DNA from: Thalia democratica
Taxonomy: Eukaryota
Assembly: GCA_965202585.1 (NCBI GenBank)
Contig: OZ241830.1
Span: forward strand, 38,006,001 to 38,070,000
Reading direction: 5' to 3'
DNA: 64,000 bases
This document shows positions 40,503 through 54,538 of the stretch, piece by piece; the first letter of the stretch is position 1, and each line of letters begins with the position of its first letter. The position numbers were made by a program, and so were the translations under genes. A model generated the notes under the pieces. It did no database searches. It saw nothing but the letters and a program-made list of their open reading frames with translations, and was not told the origin of the DNA.

Positions 40503-40962
40503 AACGTATTGATATGTGTTTTATTAAATTTAAATAAAGTTTAATATGAAAAAAAGTGAAATCGATACATGTGTGTACTTTTATAAAGAAAATATTTGAA
40601 AAAAATTAGTCTAATTTTGAGGTCTTAAAAAAGTATACTAAAAGTATTAATATTAAATAAAAAACAAATTATTCATTTACTACAAAACATAGGGAACATA
40701 TTGATATGTGTTTTATTAGATTTAAATGAAATTTAATATGGAAAAGTATGAAATCTACACATGCGTGTACTTTTATCAAGAAAATATATGAAAAAAATTA
40801 GTCCAACTTTGAGGTCTTAAAAAAGTATATTAAAATTGTTCATATTAAAAATAAACAAGTTATTCATTAACTACAAAGCCTAAAAAACGTATTGATATAT
40901 GTATTATTTAATTTAAACAAAGTTTAATATGAAAAAGTATGAAAACGACACATACGTGTACA
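40503..40962. repeat. Tandem repeat, ~190-bp unit, ~2.4 copies
   Basis: tattgatat(g/a)tgt..tttaatatg..tgaggtcttaaaaaagtata recurs with unit starts near 40505, 40698 and 40888. Confidence 0.85.
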
Positions 40963-43765
40963 ATGATATACCTATCTTACATTCATACTTATTATACTTT
41001 TGATTATAGCTATGTTGAAAATGTTTAGTTTTTTATCGTGAATTAAAACCCTTTCTATTAAAAATAACGTCACACAAAAAAAAAACTTGAGTTTTAAATA
41101 AAAAATATTAAACAAATGCTTTGTTTAAAATATGCAAAATTTTCTTAGCATTCTTGCAACCTAGTTTTTTTGTAATATAAGTGCTAATATTTTTGTAATT
41201 TTTAGTGTTATAAGTTTAGGAAATATAAAAAAAATAACTAGTTCTTTAAATGTTATTTGTCAGTTTTCACAAGTTGTATAAGAATAATGTCTTTTTGAAT
41301 TTAAATAAAAAAAAAATTGTAAAGTTTCAAAGATTAGTTTGAATATTTTACTACAGAAGCAATAGTTTTTAAAACTAAGTATACTATTGATAAAAATGTA
41401 AAACAACAGCAGAAGCAAAAATTCACAACACAATGTGCTAAGTTTGCGTAGGTAGTATTTTGATGCATTGTTTCACTTTACAGTTAAAAATTTTAAAAAC
41501 CAATGTTTAATATAACTAAATATATCTTTCAGTAAAAAACATACTATGTGGTTTAAAGCTTATACAATACATAAATGCAAACGATGTTGACTGTTCGAAA
41601 CAAAAGTAACTTAATGCACCAAAAATTGTTAAACCACATAATGAAACAGTATAACTTTATTTTGTCATTAATAAACCTTATCTTTGTTTAATTGATATAA
41701 CATTGCTTAAAGCTTTATTAACCATAGCACATGAAAGTATTAAATTGTTAGCAATACTTTGTGTTTACTTTGTTAATTGCACATAAAAAGACTTTATGGC
41801 TTTAATGGCTTTGTTTAAAACTATTTTTGTTATAGATACATAACAAAAATAAACATAAAATATAAAAAAGTAATTGTACGCATGTTCGAAAAATAGCAAA
41901 AAAAGCAACGTAACATATAAGATTGTAATTAAAAGGCAAACTAGTAACTACGATTTAGTAAAAATATACACACTTCAATACTTTTTTTTAATGTACTTAC
42001 ATATATTGCTTATAGTCTATGTAAAACAGTTTTCAATTATTTTGTTGTAGATAAAAGTGTTTTTATTTTCTAAAATGTAATCGTTTTTAGTTTTATACTA
42101 ATTATGCTTCCATATAAAAATATGTAGAAAAGTTTTGCTTTAAATTGTTTATTGTAAACTAAAAGCCTACTTATTAAAAACAAACATTACACAAGTAAAA
42201 AAAAAACGCTTCAGTTTTAAACTATGAACATTTTTAGTCCTCTTGATATAAAATATGTCATTGTTAATACATATAACAAAGTTATAGATATAATATAAGT
42301 TGTTATAGTTCAATTTTTTTACATTTCTTTTTAATTTATATGTTTTCCACTTTAATAAAACTTTTATAGTAAAATATCAAAGTGTAGTATACATTTTTGA
42401 ATAATAAACAATAGTTAGTAAATCTAAATATACTTTTTCAAAAATTGTCAAGTTTTAGTAGGAGCAGAAAATCCATAACACAATGAATTTGCGTAGGTAG
42501 TTTTTAGTTTGCTTTCCTCTCGTAGGCGGTAGCTTCACATGTGCAATGTGCATATAATTCAAGCACTTGTTGTTACATTCAAAAAAGCTGTTAGTTTGCT
42601 TGAAAAAAAAAAAATTATCCTAAAAAATTAAGTGTTTTAAAGAAAATTAATTTTTGTAGTTTAAGGATGGCTCAAAGTTTATTTAATAGCTTATAAAGTT
42701 GTTATTATAACGTTAGTGATTAAAATACTTTTAAGTCAGCTCATCTTTGTTATACATTTGCTGTATCCGATTAGTTGTGAAGTAAAATTCATTTAAAAAA
42801 TAATAATACTAATATGAGTTAAGCAGAAAATAGAAGATTATACCTTTAAAATCAAAACAAAAAAACCTGAGAAATCTTTTCTACATTTATTTTTGTAAGT
42901 CTTTATTAGGTTTTTAAACCTGAATGACAAGGCTAAAAACTTGTCAATAAAAACTTACTTAAAAAATTTATAAAAAAATTCTAATTTTTTAAAGGTTTTG
43001 ATTTTACTGCATATGTGATTTTACAACGTTTTCTAAAAGTTCAAGAATTCAATTACGATGACTTTTTCCGGCAATATTCACAATACTTTTACTTTCATAA
43101 AAATAAAAATTTTAAACTAATGATCACTAATGTTAAACAGTTAATGGCTAAATTCAATAGCAAAAGTTAACTAAAGTTATTTTCTTCATTGCTTAGTAAA
43201 GTTTTAGTATAAAAACAAAAGTAATTGTGAAAATTTAGTTGTCAACTTTAAACGCAAAAACATTCTAAAGACGTATAGTGTCTGTATAATTTACTCTTGT
43301 AAAGAACAGTTTAGTTTTCTATTTATTATAAGTTTGTTTGACTGCTTTTAGGTGTATAATTTACTCCAAAAAAAATATATAAAAAAAAACGTTTTTGGTA
43401 TTTATAAGAGGTTTATGTTTAGCTAGTTAAAATAGTTTTAAAGTATAAAAAGGAAAAAATTGTAGACATAAAAAAAATAATTCTACAGTAGAGTAGTGCC
43501 TTTAGAAAAATTAGTTGTTTTTTAAATAACAACTTTTAATTTACTATTAAACGATTAAAAAGTTTCTATTAAGTGTATAAATAAATAAAATAAAATTATT
43601 TCGAATAGAAAGAACAAAATACGTATTTATGTTATTCGCTACTTTTTTTACATTTGAAAAATAAGACTAGCAAACCCCCAATGTTTATAACAACAGTAGT
43701 TGGACAGCTCATGAATTTTCAGATTTTTAATTTTTATTGTTTAACCTTTTTAAGTTGTTAGAACT

Positions 43766-46120
43766 ATGAGTGAAGTGAAGCAGAGGCCAAAAGTAGTGAT
43801 ATTAGGAGCAGGAATCAGCGGGCTTTCATGTGCAGTAAATTTAATAGACCATTGTGACGTCACCATACTTGAAGCACGCAACAGAATCGGTGGCAGAATT
43901 AACACCCGCCGTTTTGAAGGTAAAAAATAAAACAAAAGTTGAAAGTTATTTGCAAACTAACAATTTATTTAAGTTGATAGTGTTTTTACAAAGTAGTTTT
44001 TTTATTAATTTATAAAAAAAATTAAAAAAATGTTTTTATTATATATTTAAGACAACTATGTGTATATATACAATATCAAATATCATTACATACTTTATTG
44101 TATTCGACAGCCAACGAAATAGTTATAAAAGTTTACATGTGAAAAATTTACAAACTATTTGACCTTTAATTTTAATGGTCTTCAGACAACTTCTTGTATG
44201 AAGACGGGGCCCAATGGGTAAATTGTGGAAAAGATGACGATTTAAAGTTATTTGCTGATAAACACATGATAGGTACTTCTCCGTACCAAACGTAAATTGT
44301 TTTTATTAATATGATTATTATTGGTTCCTGTTTGATGATGTATTATCACTGTGCTTTTAACAGAAAAAAGAGGTTTCTGTTTGAAAGCCATGAAGCAAAA
44401 GGTGACGAATATGAACGTCTTGATGAGGTGTTACAGAGTTTTGATTCTAAAGTGGAAGATGCTACAAAAGGAGCGAACATCAATAACTCGAACAATTTGA
44501 TGGCATATATCAACGATAATTGGTCGTATAGTAAGAATGAGGAATTTTCACCATTGTACAATTCTATGTTACAGTTCCAAAAAGTGAAAGAAGGTTGCAG
44601 CAATTTGGAAACTGTTAATATTAAAGATTACGACAACTTTAATAGCGACAAAGGATTGTTAGTTGAACGTAGATTATAAATTTATTCCCAATGACACTGT
44701 TTTATCAAACACAAATTAGTTTTGACTTACACTGCTAAACTGTTAATACAAAGTGAGCAATAACTGAATAGAAAAAAAAAAGTTTTAAAAGCTATAAAAG
44801 AGTGCAAAAGTCTATTAACTTCTGTTTAGTATTGAACCGATATTTTTTGAATAGTAAATAAATTTATGCTTCTATGCGCACAGGGCTACGACTTTTCAAA
44901 CAGTTGATGGAGGAACAGACAGCATTTTAAACAAAATCATTGAACTTTTACCCGAAAACACTGTGAAATGCAGCAAAAAAGTCACAAACGTCAACTGGGG
45001 TGGAGACAACGTCCGCACAACAGTTAAAGACTTGGAGTCTGGTGCGACGAGCTTCTTTGATGCTGATTTCGTTGTTTCCACTCTGCCGCTCGGAGTTTTG
45101 AAAGATGTTCATGAGAAGATGTTTGAGCCGCGTTTGCCAGCGGAAAAATCAGATGCAATCAAAAGGTAGATATAGTGAAATGTCAAATATAAAGCATATA
45201 CTGATTGTGTTTTTTTCTGATAGAGTTGGATTTGGAAGCGTAGCTACGGTAACTCTTAGGTTTAAATGTGAAGACATAATTGGAAGTGAAGGTAAAACCA
45301 TGCTGTACCTTCTAAGAAAAGATAAGTTCAAGTATGGAAACTACTCAGTGATTGTTTTCAGGTCTCCTGGAAACAATGAACAATTTATGACGGTATTTTG
45401 TACTTTTAATTTTTTTAAGTAAAAAATAGTTAAATTATGTTTTTCATCACTAAAACAACATTTGAAAACATAATTTAGATTTGGTTAGTCGGAAAAGAAG
45501 CTGAGTTAGCAGAAAAAACAGAAGATGATATTTTAATTGAAGAGTTTGGGGCAGATCTCAAAAGATGTTAGTTATATTTACCTTACTTTTACTTTTTGAA
45601 ATAAAACAGCCTAGATCTCAGTATAGATACTAATACATTACATATACACAAGTAGACAGCCCACAAAAACTGCTTGAAAAAAAACTTAACGTTTAATTGA
45701 GAAATTAACAAAAACTTATAGAACTTTGTTTAGAAAACTGTATTTAAGGTACTGAGGTTGAAGTTAAAATTTTCAAAACACTTACCTATATTTTTCTACT
45801 CAAATTAAAAAAAAAATATAAAAAACAAACTTTTAACAGTCATGCCGTCTTTACCTAACCCATTTGCCGCTTACGTGACCAAGTTCTCGCAAGATGAGTA
45901 CGCAAAAGGGGCTTTCCCTTACATAAACTGCCAGAGTACAATCAAGGATATAGCAAGCCTCGCGGACCCGGTGTACCACACCACAGCTGACGGTGACCGC
46001 CGGCCGAGAATTTTGTTTGCTGGCGATTCCACGAGCGAGGCGCAGTACCCTCTTGTGAACGGGGCGTTTGAAAGCGGCGTAAGAGAAGCTAAAAGATTGA
46101 TAAAAATAATTTCAAACTAG
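43766..46120 (+). CDS. 7-exon FAD-dependent amine oxidase (polyamine/spermine oxidase-like), 457 aa
   Basis: Exons 43766-43919, 44186-44291, 44364-44657, 44884-45165, 45224-45392, 45479-45566, 45840-46120 (1374 nt). Motifs VVILGAGISGLSCA, LEARNRIGGRI, GAQW, VVSTLPLGVLK, DEYAKGAF, ILFAGDST..VNGAFESGVREA. Confidence 0.9.
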
Positions 46121-46821
46121 TTACTTTTAATTGATGACAAAGTTGTTTAAGCTACTCAGTAAATAATAAACTATTCAAAAAAGAGTGTGACTTTATTAGA
46201 AATAGTAGTATTTTTGCATTGTAGCGACATTTAAATGTTTTTCTATCTTCAGTCTATAAAATACTTTTTTAACTTACTACAAGTTGTGCTGCTTTATGGA
46301 ACTTTCGAAATAAAAACAAACACCAGTTTTACTTAATAGTGTAATTACTTCTGTTCATTAAAAACAAGTTATACACAAACATAATTTAGACTTTATAGTA
46401 CTTTACAATAAACACAAAGTTACTGATAAACTTTACAATAAAATTACACAAATGAGCTTTCTGTTTGTTTTCATATAGAGTTTGTTGGTTTTTTAAAGTC
46501 ATACGATAAGAGTGTTGTAAAAAAACGGGATCAAAAAATAGACAAAGCGTTAATTTTTAATTAACTTCGCTACACTTAAAAATTATCAAAAAATTATAAC
46601 ATATTATTAAAGCATAGCTAGTATTTAAAAAGTATTTTTACACAACAAAAGTAAAAAGGAATGACAACCTGAATGAATTATGAAATTCAGAGTAGAAACA
46701 GTTAAACTGCATATTTTAAAGTGAAAAAAAACTTTAAAAATTTGTCCAAAATAATTAGATAAGTCATTTTTATATGCTTTAAACCAGCTTTTTAAAACAG
46801 AGTTTTAACAAAAGTGTAGAA

Positions 46822-47129
46822 CAGGGTTTCACAAAGTGTACCATATGTCCCCCTTCGTGACCTTTACAGAACTTTAGGGGCCATAATCAGCAAAGGGGCC
46901 AAAGGAGGGGAGGGGGCATGAGTTTTATGGCCACAGAAGGGCAAAGAGGTCATAATTTGTAACTTACATTAAAAATTATGGAGTTGATGATTAAGTGCAA
47001 TAAAACAAAATGGACTTAGACGCATTTAGTGGTATATTTTTGAGAAATCTTGTCGGAAAAGGCCATAATAGCTTTTTTTTTATTTCTTTAAAGGGGGCGT
47101 TATGAAGAAAAACAGTCTAAGAAACCCTT
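46822..47129 (+). mobile_element. hAT-like MITE (CAGGGTTT family), 308 bp
   Basis: Termini cagggtttc/gaaaccctt. Perfect 8-bp TSD gtgtagaa (46814-46821 and 47130-47137). Confidence 0.85.
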
Positions 47130-48294
47130 GTGTAGAATCACTTATATTTATTCCGATGATTTTTGTACACATTTTGTGATTCTCCTCTTTTTTATATCTA
47201 TAAGTATTTTGCTTTGATGACTGATGCTTTTTTGCGTCAAAACCGCTGTCAGCAATATCAAAAAAAGAGTTTGTTATATTAAATTAATACAAGTAATTTT
47301 ATATATTTATGTATTTTTTTTCTTTTAAATTTATTTTAATCATTTCTTTTCAAAACATTAATTTATGTAAAAAAGTATGAATCGTATGCTAAAGTTGTTC
47401 ACCAAAAATCAATACATTTAATATCCGTTAAGTTTTTAGACAAGTTAAAATAAGTAATAGAATAACGTTTGATTTGTTATTTTAGACACAACTTAAACTT
47501 ATGTTTAAATGAATAAAAATTCTCTATGAATGATAAAAAGTTTTGAAAATCATTACAATTTTTCATTCTTTAAAAGTTACAAAAATACTTCTGATTTTAG
47601 ATATACAATCAAAAATCTAGTAAAATAAAGGATTTATCTGTGCTAAAACTTTAACATAACAGATAAATTGTACTACAAGTTTACTCAATAAACAATTAAG
47701 AACGTTTTATCAACTTCGAAAACTATTTTGGTTGATCACAACTAAAACTTTCATTTGAAAATATCAACTTGGAATTTTAAAAACATTTAACAGCTAAGTA
47801 GCCTTTAACAAGTTTGAAATTGCATTTTAATTGAAAACTTAAGCTTTACAGGTGTTTACTATAGAATTTTTGTACAATAAAAAAATAAACTAATGCGTAA
47901 TATGTTTTTTCGATTGTTGAAAAAAAAACCTTCAAAAGTTATAGCTCTTTAAAAGCAGACTTTGGAAGTTTTCTTTATCACAGCAATGATATATAAACAA
48001 TTATAAGTTCTTCAAATCCTCCTAGTAAGCGAATATATTTTTAAGTACATTCAAAACATTTTCAAAAAAGTAGTTTTTTAATAAAACGTTTTTTAATGCT
48101 TAAAAGTATTTAAAGCAAAAATGATGAATTAAACAACAATTTTGCGGGTTTATCAAAATATTTTTATATATCTAGTGGTAGTATTTTTCATCAAGTATAA
48201 TTAATAAAGAAAATTGTTTATATAACTAAACCAAGAAAAAAACTAATGGCATTTCAAATCGCTAAGCTTAAACAACATACAAATTTAAAAAAGT

Positions 48295-49753
48295 TCAAAA
48301 CTGGGTAGCCACCGCAACCATTCGCGTCCACTTTTCCACGTGTCCCACCACCTCCCGCACCTGGTCCATCAGCTCACACAAGTTCCTCGTGCGCCTTTCC
48401 TCCACAAACCTCATCAGCCAATCACAGCTTCTCCTCACCCGCATTGCGCTCCTTAGCGCTCTTTGCGCCACCTCGTGTTCGGTAGTGGCGTCGCTGCAGC
48501 TCGGATCAACCAGATTTCCCGATGTGCGCTGATAAATTGTATTTGATTCAAACAGCAGAACTTCACAATTGATGATTGATATGAATTTACGAATGTTGAG
48601 CAGTTTGTTAAGTCTTTTAACGGGATATAAAGTTTTTAAAAAACTATATATGTTTGAAACATCGAGTTATTGTTATTTTATCCTAAAAAAGATTAAAAGA
48701 TATTTGTAACATTTTAGAAATTAAGTTATTTTTCTCTTAGTTTTCGTGGTTAACTTTAAAAGAAAATTTATGTAGTTATTATTTATACTTGCGCTTTTAC
48801 TACACACGAAAAAATCACCAGCCTCAGCCATTTTTTGCAGGGCGACATTGAAGTTATTCTGCACCTGATAAATTTCCCTGGTTTTTACCGGATCCGGATT
48901 AGAGCACATCCAGTGAATTTGGTAGGTGACCCGCTGCATCTCATACAATATATTCTTTTTTTCTTCTCTCACAACATTTTCTAAAACACGTTCCCTAGAA
49001 AAGTATAAATAAATAGACTGTTTTTATGTTTATTAGCTGTTTAACTTTTTTTTTATATACTATTTCATTATCTTTCTTTAATAATCTTATTAAGCTGTTT
49101 TGATACTTATCAAGTTTAAGTTTAGTAGTTTTCAGAAAAAGTTATAAGTTTATGATAAATAACGTTTTAAACAGAATTATAGTAAAGTTTTTTGTGAAAT
49201 AGACTTATAAATTTGAAACAGAAGCAAGTTTAGATAAATTTTTACTTTTAAGATAAATTAAACTTTTTTAATTTTTAAGGAGTTTGTCAACTAACTTTTC
49301 AGTGTTTTAAAAATTTTAAAGCTTTTATAATACTTTATTTTTCTTTCAAGCAAATAGTAAAACCAAAGTATTAAAATTAAAATTTGTATTTTTTTCAAAA
49401 ATAAAATTGCGTGACTGTTTTAATCTGTTAGCAATAACCTTTTATACTAGGTAAAAACTACAACTTAAAAATAAAATTGTATTATAGTCATCACATTATA
49501 AAACAAAGAACTGTTTCTTAAATTCTTTAGTTTTAAAAGTTTTAATATGTTCAATACTTTTGTTTGCAAATACAAACTTAATTAGTACTTGTTTGATTTC
49601 GCGTTTTGTTGAAAATAAGTTCTTTAGAAAAACAAAAACTTTTTATAAGTATTAAAAAGCAGAAACTAAGCAAAGTAAGCAAGTTTATTATTTTAAAAAT
49701 ATTAATATTACAACTTACTTTTGAAGCATCTTTCGTCTAAACAAAATGACCAT
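48295..49753 (-). CDS. 3-exon hypothetical protein, 151 aa, no recognised family
   Basis: Exons 49753-49719 (ATG..AA|gtaagt), 48994-48808, 48528-48295 (TGA); phases 2 and 0; 456 nt. The last exon is about 58% GC by hand count. Protein MVILFRRKMLQKERVLENVVREEKKNILYEMQRVTYQIHW...VEKWTRMVAVATQF. The exon 2 donor (gtgtgt) is the least certain junction. Confidence 0.7.
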
Positions 49754-52700
49754 GTATTACACCACCAATCAAAACAAAAAAACTCTTGGTTTGTAACTGT
49801 TGTATGTATATATTTTCTTAATTGTTTATATTTTCAAAAAGTATTATTAATTTATTTATAACGGTTCTTATAATCTAAAAGACCTAGCATGCTTTCAACA
49901 AATCTGATCTAAAAAAAGACTATGAAGCTGAATATAAATGTTTGTTTATGGTTATTTCTGCACAAATAATTCTAAAAGTCTCGCAACTAAAGATTCAAAT
50001 TTGCTTTAGTTAAAGTTTGGAGTTTAAATTAGATAATTTGAACTAAATGAATAAAATGCTTAAATTGTTATATAAAACGGTATAAACTAATTATTAAATT
50101 GTACTATTTTACTATTAAACTATGTACTTAATCATCCAATTATAGTTTTGTAACACAATAAGTGCATTTCAATCTTTTTTACTTATTCTAATGTTAAAAT
50201 TAGGTCTAATTACAACTTGTCAACGTAATAAAAAGATATCAATAAAAATTACAAACAATTTTTTTTAATGTTTTAAAACAATTAACTATGTTACATTTAA
50301 GTTTTGTAGCTTAAAACTATCTTTTATTTTAAACAAAACACAACAAACTTTGATAAATGACTGTATAAGATTTATTAAATACTAGCTCGTTGACATAAAC
50401 TTATGGTAAGTGTATTGCAAAACAAGTTTATGTTGAAAAGTTCTAGCAATATAAAAAAAATAGAATTCGAAATGCAATACAGCACTTATTTTTTATCACT
50501 TGACGATAAACAAAAGAAACATCTCATGATTGTAAATAGTTTTTCACAAAGTTCGTCGCGCGAAAAACTATCTACGTAAGTAGTTTAGTTTTTTGTAAAA
50601 TTTCAAAAACTCTCACTTCTGATAAAACAAATAACGAAATAGTCTACTAAAAAAGGTTAACTGTTGTTTTTATTATTTCAGTGATCAACCAAGTTTAGAA
50701 ACTTCAGTAGTGTTAACAATAAAAACTAATTTTTTTCAATACAATCGTAACAATATCAATTATTAGACTAAACAAAATGTTTTGTGCAAATATAGAATAT
50801 TTTATGTTTTTTTCACCAAATTAGTTTTAATGAGAATAACTGAGCTAAAGAGTAAAGTTTTATTAAATTTAACAAAAAGGTACAAGTCCTAAGTTAATTT
50901 AAACTAAACTTTATACTAAGGCTTATTAAAACTAATTACGGTGAAATATATACCTATTTGGATGCATGTGATAAAAATGGTTGAAAATTCTTTTGTTTAA
51001 AGTATATCTCGAGGTATGAACAAAATGTATATCGTTTAATTTTTGGTATATACTTTTTATCGCATAGAATAATTCTAAATAAATGCATTTTTATTGTGAA
51101 ACTGTTTAAGTTAATGTGGTATAATACTTAAATTGAAAGAAAAAAATTATTTTAATAGTAACTTTTATTTAAGCTACAACTAACTTATAAAGCTAACTTT
51201 AGAAATAAAATAAAAGCAATAACAATCATTACAGTACTACGTCATGCTTAAAAAACAAATCTTTTATTCAGTTAAAAAAACGAAAACAAAGAGTTAAAGT
51301 ATTACAACAATGTTGGAATATTATTATTTTTTCAAAACTGAACAGCTTTTGTTTTTAAAGCAGTTTTAAATTTACGAATTAGGTAACTTGAATAAAAGTT
51401 GCACTAGTTAGATTAATATTTACTTAAAAGTTTAAGTCTTCAAGCTTGAAAATGTGGTAATCTGTTTTGAAAGTGAAGACTTTGCTGTTAAGTTTTTATT
51501 TCATATTTTTATTATCTTAAAATTTAAGAAAAAGTATATTTTGAAATTACTTTATTAAAGTTTGTTATCACTTGCAAAATGCCTTATTCCTTTCATTGAT
51601 ACTTTAATTTTAATGCTCAGTCTTTTTACATGCTTAGTTTTATATTCTTATTTCTATATTTTATAGTCACAGTTAAGTACTTTTTTTTGAAACTATTAAC
51701 AAATTTCTCAACTAAACAAATGAAAACAGTATGCAATCATAGAAAAAAAAACTTTAAAACTTTTATACAATGCAAACGATTCTACAAACAACTTCAACTG
51801 GTAGGTCGGTGATATACAAATGATCACAAGTTTGACTTTTTTGTTTAACTTTTGCGAAAAAGACAGAACTTTTTTTCCTCCGTGTACAAACTGAAAGGCG
51901 GCGAAAAAAACCTACTTTCTTTTTTTTTTGTGTTTATTTATAACGCGCAGTACAACTTTTTCACAAATATTCGATGATTAATCGGCCGAACATAGTTTTT
52001 AGATAAAAAACGCATAAAAAAATCCTTTTGAAATTATTGACAAAGTGTTTTTTTTTCGCATTTCTAATTTGCGACTAGTTGTAAAAAAAAGTTCTGAGGT
52101 CAAAATAAAATATAAATATCTAAATTTATTTGTTTTTAATTCTAATTTTATGTCTAAAACAATTCTTTCATCAAACCAGAATTTAATTTAGTATTGGTAT
52201 ACTATAGTAACGTATTGAAAAATTATAATAAAACCGTTAATGAACCTTAAAGATTTCTTTTAGCAACACTACGTTTGCCAGATAGTTAACATTGTATAAG
52301 AAATGCATTATAAATATTTTTTTAAGTTTTTAAACTGAAAATAACAGAGTTAAACTTATTGTCGTGATAACTAACACAAAACAGTACATATTGAAACAAT
52401 AATTATTATTTTTAAGTTTTATTCTAGTTTGTATCATAATGATTTCCAACATTTTCTATTTTTTTACAAAACGCTGAAGTTATGTCTTGTTTTATAAAAT
52501 ATAAAATGTAGCATTTCGTCAGTTTCTAAAGAGTCAAAATAATATAAGATTTCTGTTTTTACATCTTACGTCAAAAAATATGAGTTTTGAAACATAGCAT
52601 GAAAATTTTAGAATTAGTAAAATGTATACGGAATTTAAGTATAAACTAGTATTTTACCTTAATAACAACTATATACTTTTATTTGAAACAACCTAGCTGA

Positions 52701-54058
52701 AATTTTCACAATAACACAAAATGTGTTTAGTTAAGTATAGAAAACATTGTAAATATATTATTGTGTGCAATTGATGATAACAAGTAAAACACGGTTTAAA
52801 ATATCTTTTAATTTAAAAAAACATAAGCTTTAGATATATATTTTACTTCAAACTATCAGAAAAATGACTTTCTTGTAAACTATACAAAAAAGTAAAGCAT
52901 TATTTTTATTTAATTAGTTGGTTAAAGTACCATAAAAATTCTAGTTTACTGATTAAATAATTTGTTGTTAACTTGGTCCATTACTAATAAACGGCTGCCC
53001 ACCCCTGCTTCAAAAATAGCATTTTATGTTGTATAATTTGTATATATAAGTAGTTCTTGCAAACTTTTTTAATCAAAAATTTTTGCTTCATAATTTAAGT
53101 TTGATTTATTTTTTAATAATTACATGTAATTGATGTTTGTGAACGATTATAATACAATACAAGTTGTAAAACTTTGCATAAATTGTACTTGAAGTAAACT
53201 AATGAAACAATTATTTGTGAAATTAATTAAACGAAAACAAGTAAGCTTACCTAAACGTTTATGTTTCAATTAGGACTAGTTTTTCTTGAATTAATTTCAT
53301 GAATTTATAATGAAACTAAACTTGATAATTTATAAAACAAGGATTAATAACAGAAAATATAACATATTCATTACTTAATGTTAGGGATTTTTTATTTTAC
53401 TAACAGTAAAAATTTGTTGTGCTAATTAATAGTAAAAATTACTGTTAAGTTTTAGACTTTGACCATGTTGTTAAGTGTTGTTTACAAATATAGTACAAAT
53501 TAGTATAGAACTTCAGAACGGTTAATAATAGTACATAGAATAAGTAGGTTACATCGACATTATCACAAAACTATCGATAATTTGGTAGACTGTTTAAACA
53601 ATAAAATTACTAAAGTATTCGTGATAAAAAGTTAAAACTAAACAGTATTTATAAATAATGCATAAATCACTCTGGCTATAAATACTAAAATAGTCAGAAA
53701 TAAGTTCTAATAAGTTGTTTATACAAAAGTGTATGTTGATTAAAATCAAAGTTTTTTTTTTGAATATAAATTAAATATAAAAAAGTGTTATTAAACTTTT
53801 TGATAGAAAATTGATAATAGCAGACATATTGTTAAAGGGTTGCTTTAGCAAAAAAAATTGATAATTAATCAGTCTGATTTAGAGAAGATGATAAAATAAA
53901 TGTTATATATAATTAACAATCGTAGAAAATACTTACCTAACAACCGTATTTTATTTTGGACTCTACTAACTTTGTAAACTAAAACAAATTTCGTATTAAA
54001 TTATAAATATAATGAACACACATTAAATACTGATGAATTAGTAGAAATAAGTAACAAC

Positions 54059-54538
54059 TTAATTGGTGAAATACCCCGAATAAGGCTGGGCCTTCTTTCG
54101 CGCCACCTCTTCGTACTTTTGGCGGTCTTTTCTGAACAAAATGGCCGCTTCCTCATTAACCACCTCGGTCATGTCAGGGCTGATGAGCAGGTTGCCAATT
54201 CTCCTGAACACGTCACTGATGGTGAACCTGTCCGACCAACCGTCGCCCAGCATGTTCATACCCATTTCGCCCTTTCGGTCTGCCGTCTCGGCCACGATGT
54301 TGGGGTGGAAGATGCTGGTTGCCATGGTAACCAGGGGCGGGTTGTTCGGGTAGTCGGTGGGAAAGCTGACCCTGATGAGGAACTTTAGTCCCGCGTAAGG
54401 GGAATTTTCCGGCCCCATGACGTGCATTTCGTACCGGTAGAGGTTCATTTCAGACAAGTTTCTCAAGTTGAGGAGTTGGAGGGTCCGGAGGTGCTTCATC
54501 TCAGCCCTGATCCTCTTATCAGTTACCAAAGTTGACAT
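54059..54538 (-). CDS. Intronless E2 ubiquitin-conjugating-fold protein lacking the catalytic Cys, 159 aa
   Basis: Motifs GPENSPY, FPTDYPNNPP, IFHPNI, W at GDGWS, VNEEAA..YEEVAR. The region that is GxICLDIL in canonical E2s reads GEMGMNML. Confidence 0.88.
   Translation of the reverse strand: MSTLVTDKRIRAEMKHLRTLQLLNLRNLSEMNLYRYEMHVMGPENSPYAGLKFLIRVSFPTDYPNNPPLVTMATSIFHPNIVAETADRKGEMGMNMLGDGWSDRFTISDVFRRIGNLLISPDMTEVVNEEAAILFRKDRQKYEEVARKKAQPYSGYFTN

Noticed and set aside
50550-50570. E2F-like site TTTTCGCGC upstream of the orphan gene
   Set aside because: A single short motif about 800 bp from the ATG with no known transcription start.
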